Below are positions 58,042-64,000 of a DNA stretch of 64,000 nt, in pieces. Source of the stretch: Eledone cirrhosa (lineage: Eukaryota). The translations under genes were made by a program, and so were the position numbers. How positions within the stretch are numbered: position 1 is the first letter of the stretch; each line of letters starts with the position of its first letter. Below the pieces are notes generated by a model, which did no database searches, was not told the origin of the DNA, and was given only the letters and a program-made list of their open reading frames with translations. The stretch spans positions 28,582,001 through 28,646,000 of the forward strand of contig OZ024745.1 of the NCBI GenBank assembly GCA_964016885.1, in the 5' to 3' direction.

Positions 58042-58250
58042 AAGTTTATCCCAGGTTCAATCGAGGGTAACCACAATAAGTAAAGTACTCAATACATAGC
58101 AGAGTATAAATATTTAATATAGAAATGGCTTCAACGGGACCAGAACTGTTTCATTCGGGAGAAATCATCAGGAAGCCCTGATGATCAGAGCTTCCTGATA
58201 ATTTCTCCCGAATGAAACAGTTCTGGTCCCGTTGAAGCCATTTCTATATT
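58042..58250. mobile_element. Family A head-to-head palindrome with two hammerheads
   Basis: Minus 58128-58176 GCUUC-CUGAUGA..GAAA..GUU-GAAGC; plus 58190-58238 with a CUGAUAA variant. Confidence 0.85.
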
Positions 58251-58252
58251 AT

Positions 58253-59436
58253 ACAAGCTGGCCGTCCGGCTAGGTATACCGGCATTTTATCTTTTCAAGA
58301 ACCCCCCTCCACTCCTGTGCAAAGATACCGCACGCCCTCTCAAGTCTGCAACGTTGGGTTGGGGGTTAACGTGCTCTGATGTTGGGTTTGAATAGTTTTT
58401 AGGATTCCCCAGTTCAGCAGCCAGTACGTTAAAGAAAATTGATAGTTACAACAATAAAGGCTGAACAGAGAACACATTTTTTAACAAACTTTACAATAAT
58501 TTGTACAACCAAAATGGAAATTCCAAGTAACAGAAAATACATAAATTACATTGTTAGAGCCTCAGAGTATACAATATTTTTTGTTCGGCCCTCCGGAGCA
58601 AAGATGAAGAGATTATTTGGCGAGCTCACCCTGGAGCATCCTACATACAATTGACCATGGGAGAAGCATGGTTTTCCCAGTTGAGGGCCAGCCACTTTTA
58701 GGGTTTGACCCTGAGCGTTGTTGATGGTAATCGCGAAGCTTAGTCTTATTGGAAACTGAAGTCGCTTAACATGTCCTGTAACTGGCGAATGATTTCAAGT
58801 CTGGTTCCTGGGATGGCCCGATGGCGACGTATCGCTTGTGAATCTGCATCTCCAATGAAGTAGATTTGCAAAACCTTGTGGTCTTCGTCAGTCAGAGGTA
58901 GGAGACTTCCAATCGTGTAGTACACTTGGCCCTGTACTTTAAATGGGGGCATGTATCCGTGCTTTCGTGAAATAAATAGGTTTTTGTTTTTGTGTATGCA
59001 AAAATATATGTACACGAATATATATATTAAAATAACAGATTAAAGTTTAAGTAAAGAATCGCTGCTTTCACCCTTAACAGGATCTTCTGAAACTAAAAAA
59101 ATCAATCTGTGAACGCAGAAGTAAATATTTCGAAAAACGTTATCTAATGCAGACATACAGAGACATATTATAAGGGCGCGACGTCATAGCTATGTCTCTC
59201 TATCTAAAAATACAGACTAAGAAAAAGTGAGGAATGTCATATAACCGGAAGTGTTGACATTTGAAATTTTAAAGAAGTGAATATTTAAATAATGTCTTTA
59301 ATCTTTTAACAAAATTCAGTAGACAAAAATAGCCTCACTTTTTTACTTGGAAAAAGTTACATCTTTGGTGCTGTTTGGTCCAGTCGTTTGGCGAAAAGTT
59401 TGTTACATACATACGGCCGTTAGCTTTATATTATAT
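58253..59436 (-). mobile_element. Internally deleted Helitron with RepHel fragments
   Basis: FKVQGQVYYTIGSLLP..LQIYFIG (N-terminal region) abutting the PIF1 end FAITINNAQGQTLKVAG..CFSHGQLYVGCSRV..TKNIVYSEAL; 3' CCGG hairpin plus CTTG; 5' TATAATATAAAG. Confidence 0.85.
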
Positions 59437-60239
59437 ATATATATTCTTTATTCTTTTTTTTTTTTCGGTCATTAGCCTGCGGCCACTGTGACACTGTCTT
59501 GATTTAGTCGATCATATCGAACCGTATACTAATTTTCTCAAGTCTGGTACTTATTTTATTAACCTATTTTTTCTGTCAAACCGTTAAGTGTTGAGTGTGA
59601 CAGAAAGTTACGTGTGTTTACGTTTGTGTCTGTCCCGTAACTCAGCAGTTCGACAAAAACAGATAAAAGAAGTACCAAGCTTAAGAAAATAAAGGTTTCG
59701 ATATGATCACACACATACACAATACAACAACCTGCTGAATCAGGATTTGTGGGCCCTATAATAATCTTCATAAGCATCATGGGCTCCCTTTATTAGGCGA
59801 TGTTTTACAGATGGATGCCCTTCTTGGAGCCAACCTCTGTCTTCGCCTCTAACAATATGCAGATATGCGATGAACCTATTCTAAACCAGGTACAATATGA
59901 ATTGATAAACGAGTAGTGAATCTAATACCATGGGTTTCATAGAGTCGGAATGGTCCTATCAGCCCCTATCGGCTGACTTTGAGAATCTGGCTGTAGACAA
60001 TAAGTTTATTAGTCAATATACCTAGTGAGAGAATATACACACACGCACCTATAGATTTGAGGTAAAGAAAATTAAGTACTGGGATCGACTTGAAGTCCCT
60101 TGAAGGCACATGGCCAACAATATGGAAATGGAAGGGGAAAGTCAACTTCAGTATATGACTGGTACTTTGTTCTGGGGTCGATGTAATCGACTTTTCTCTC
60201 CCGCCACCAAATTGTTAGCCTTGTGCCGTGGCGGTATTT

Positions 60240-60520
60240 GTGGTAATGGTGGCAGCGGTTTGGTGGTGTGGTAATGGTGACAGTGTGTGGTGGTGGTGGT
60301 GACTGTGTGGTGGTGGTGGTGGTGGTGGTAATGGTGACAGTGTGTGGTGGTGGTGGTAATGGTGACAGTGTGTGGTGGTGGTAATGGTGTGTGGTGGTGG
60401 TAATGGTAGTGACAGTGTGTAGTGGTGGTAATGGTGCCAGTGGTAGTGGTGGTAATGGTGCCAGTGGTAGTGACAGTGTGTGGTGGTGGTGGTGGTAATG
60501 GTGCCAGTGGTAGTGAGTGA
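60240..60520. repeat. GGT-rich minisatellite
   Basis: Direct. Confidence 0.88.
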
Positions 60521-60753
60521 CGCTGTGTATCAGTAGTATTGGTGATGGTGGTGGTGAGAGATCAAACTACGATAGTAATTAGTTCTTTGATCATACTGAC
60601 AACATCCCCCCCTCTCTCCGGTCCTCCCCCCTCACGTTTCCTCTCTTTCTGTCCCGCCTGTTCTAACAAGATGGTAGACATGATATAGTCTTATGTATGT
60701 GCGTATATCTGTGAATATATACATATGTGAGTATGTTTATGTATCTGTATGTG

Positions 60754-60835
<82 letters not shown>

Positions 60836-61164
60836 CACATACAGATACATAAACATATATATATATATTCACATATCTATATATATATACGTACATAACA
60901 ATATATTTATATGTACATACCCATTAATGTTAAGTGTTGCTTCAAGCGGCTATAATGTTAAAACATAAAAATTGTGTATCTCTCTCTCTCTCTCTCTCTT
61001 TCCCCCTCCCCCCTCTCTCTCTTTCCCCCTCTCTCTCCCTTTCTCCCCCTCTCTGCCCCTTTTCTCCCTCTCTCTCCCTTTTTCTCCCTCTCTATACATA
61101 TAAAGATAGATGTGTGTGTAAATAAGCATGTGTGTAGTAGTATATATTACACACTAGTTATTAC

Positions 61165-61236
<72 letters not shown>

Positions 61237-61711
61237 CAGACAAACATACATACATGCATACATACGTCATAATACATAGATACATACATACATATACAAA
61301 CACGCACATAGTAATTCGTACAAGATATAAAGATATAAGGTTACGTTGTATAGCTGTACCACATCACCACCACAACAACATTCCCTCCCCCCTCACCTCA
61401 TTCTGGTGTTCTCTCCTCACCCCTCTCTTTCTCTCTAGTAGACTTCAAACGATTCTGTGTAGCCTCACTTCTTTGATGTTCTCTGGCGGTAAAATGTAGA
61501 AGTTGTTGGTGGTAGTCTTTTTTTTTCTTTTTGCTGTTATTGTTGTTGTTGTAAGTCATTCCAGGCTTAATTGGAAACAGCGCAGGCCTTTGCTGGTACC
61601 TCCACCCTCCCCAGCTATCAAACCCCACCACTTCTTTCTGCTATTATTACTTTATTCTCCATCGTCCCCCTCTTCTCTTGTACATATATACATACATGCA
61701 TGTTTTATATA

Positions 61712-61756
<45 letters not shown>

Positions 61757-61780
61757 GAAAAATGAAAACAAATAAGACAG

Positions 61781-62035
61781 ATACTTTGGGAGGGTCATGT
61801 TTGTTAATTAAAACACACGCACCAGTAAAGTTTCACTTCGGTTTTATTATTAGTCTGATAAATAATCTATACATTCCTAGGTTAGTTTAATGACTGCATG
61901 GTTATTTAATAGTCAAAGCTCTTTCGTAAAAAAAAACAACACATGAAATGAAGTAAATAAAACAAAATGAAAACGAAGGGGAGCAAGAATAGTCATTGAG
62001 AAGGTCACAAGGTATGACGAAAGAGCTTTGAAATT
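61781..62035. mobile_element. Decayed family B insert with inverted halves
   Basis: ATACTTTGGGAGGGTCATG..GTCAAAGCTCTTTCGT, then GTCATTGAGAAGGTCACAAGGTATGACGAAAGAGCTTTGA. Confidence 0.72.
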
Positions 62036-63542
62036 AAAATAAATGTGGGTGTGATACAACTTGCTCTAGACTTTGACTCTCTTACACTGTTTTCTTCGTC
62101 CTACGTCACCATCAGCACCACAACCATCATCATCACCGTTGTAATGGGCCAGACCATTGCCAGCATTTGTCTCACTCTGAAGCATTATGTTTATATTTGG
62201 AAGGGTGGTGGATTGGTAGTATCGGTAGAGGGTCAGACGCCATGCTTTGCAGCAAAGAGTTACGGCCCTTTATGGTCTGAGTTCAAATCCCCCCGAGGTT
62301 AATTTAGCTTTTCATCCTTACGGGGTCGATAAAATTAAGTACCAGTAATACACTGGGATAATTGCTGGTCTTGTGCCAAATGTAGAAACAATTGTTTATA
62401 TTTGGCAGAATTGGTAGAGCATCGCCCTAGTGTCAATATATAGACTCTAACCCTCATTTGAAATATGTTTAGCTTTGTCATTATCATAAAACAACGAATT
62501 GGCAAAGTTGTTAGAATATTGGGTAAAATACTTTGTGGTTTTCGTTCTGATATTCTGCGCCATAAGTTCTAATCCCACTGAAGCCGACTTTACCGTTTAT
62601 CTGTCGTGGTCGATAAAATACCAGTCTTATACTGAGTAAATTCTTCCACTATTTTTTCTTTCTCACTACATATATGTGTGTGTCGTTTGAAAGCCGAGAT
62701 TAACGCCGCCCTCTGTCGTTTGACATTAGTAAGAACGGCAGTACAGTGTAAATATCACATATCAAACATATATTACATGTGTAATGTGTTTCAAGCTACA
62801 TCTGTGTGTGTGATATACATACATATATACATATGTGCATGCGTGTATAAATGTATATATTTATGGATATTTATATATATGCCCACATACATTATATATA
62901 TATATATATACACGCAACCTCTAACGCTATTTATCTTAAGTGTTTATGTTCAACGTTATATACAGTTCACTACTGAATCAGCTATTCGTAATACCTATAT
63001 ATATTCACGTGTACGTGTATATATACTCAGATAAGGAGTACCGTTAGCTATGTCAATCATTTGAACCACTTGCCAAGAAATTATCCTCCATATAGTGGTC
63101 GACCGACCTGCTAAAATTAACAGCCAAATTCTTTCAAATCACACACCTTAAATGCATTTATCAGTGTATCATGACAGGAAAGTCACGGCTGGAACGCAAT
63201 TTATCATAGCTCAAGTAATCAGGCCTGGTAAGAGCTACAGAACCAACCATTGAACATCATCAAATCTGTTTTTCTCACAGAGAATCTACTTCTCTCCATT
63301 TCCTGGTGACGTTTTCCATTCCAAGAAACATCGTTTTGCCCACCGCTCACAATTTGCCCCAATTTCTGTCTTGTCTCAGACTTGCCTTACCATCTGCTTT
63401 GCCCACCACCCACAATTTACCTCGCATATATTGCTCCAGACTTTGCCACTACACAAAGCTTGCCCCCGCCTTCTGTATTGCCCTACCATGGCCAATAATT
63501 TTCCACTGCCATCTATCTTGCCAGATTACCCCTTTTGTTTTT

Positions 63543-63603
<61 letters not shown>

Positions 63604-63604
63604 G

Positions 63605-63675
63605 TTTTGTCTGACGAACGTGCTAGATGTTTCTTGCAAGAATCATCTAGTTTCTTGAAACCTTCGGTAATTATA
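63605..63675 (+). ncRNA. Hammerhead core next to (TA)n; weak stem I
   Basis: CUGACGA 63611-63617, CUAGAUG/CAUCUAG stem II, GAAA-CC uuc GG-UA. Confidence 0.6.
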
Positions 63676-64000
63676 TTGTGTTGTGTATTATATAATTAAA
63701 TATATATATCAGAAAATGCACACGAACAGGCAATTGCATCTCTACCTTTTCAAACACTTTGCTAGCTTGCAATTTCGCGCATGAAAATGGTATTGCATAT
63801 GTACTGCCAGTTTGCGCAACATATTAGAGAACCGCTCTGTCGGTAAGATGAATGTGAGACGATAATAAAAGAGAATGGACAGGAAGCTTTACATGCGTCT
63901 TGCGACAAAAAGCGAAATAAATATGTAAAAATATAAGGTCGGAAAATAAAGAGAGAACAGACTTAAGATAGAAAATGTACGACACACCCACACAGGAAGA

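Overview
Repeat-dense eukaryotic genomic DNA. The microsatellite load and SINE types suggest a mollusc, most likely an octopus (inference). There is one convincing host gene, an intronless Frizzled-9/10-class Wnt receptor at 34463-36241 (+). The rest is satellites, microsatellites, tRNA-derived SINEs, decayed RTE and R2/Hero-like LINEs, Helitrons, hAT/piggyBac/mariner MITEs and a 5'-truncated Penelope-like element with a GIY-YIG endonuclease. Almost all other ORFs in the track are repeat artefacts. The main hidden signal is a dense set of minimal type I hammerhead ribozyme motifs: about 11 with a complete CUGANGA..GAAA..NUH core plus several decayed ones, from at least 7 unrelated sequence families. 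They sit in short non-coding inserts in or beside (TA)n/(CA)n microsatellites. Many inserts are head-to-head palindromes, some with a ribozyme on each strand. One shows circular permutation, pointing to a ~317-nt circular or tandem retrozyme-like template, and one family matches the 3' end of the Penelope element in this window. All structures were folded by eye, ribozyme activity is untested, and repeat boundaries are approximate.
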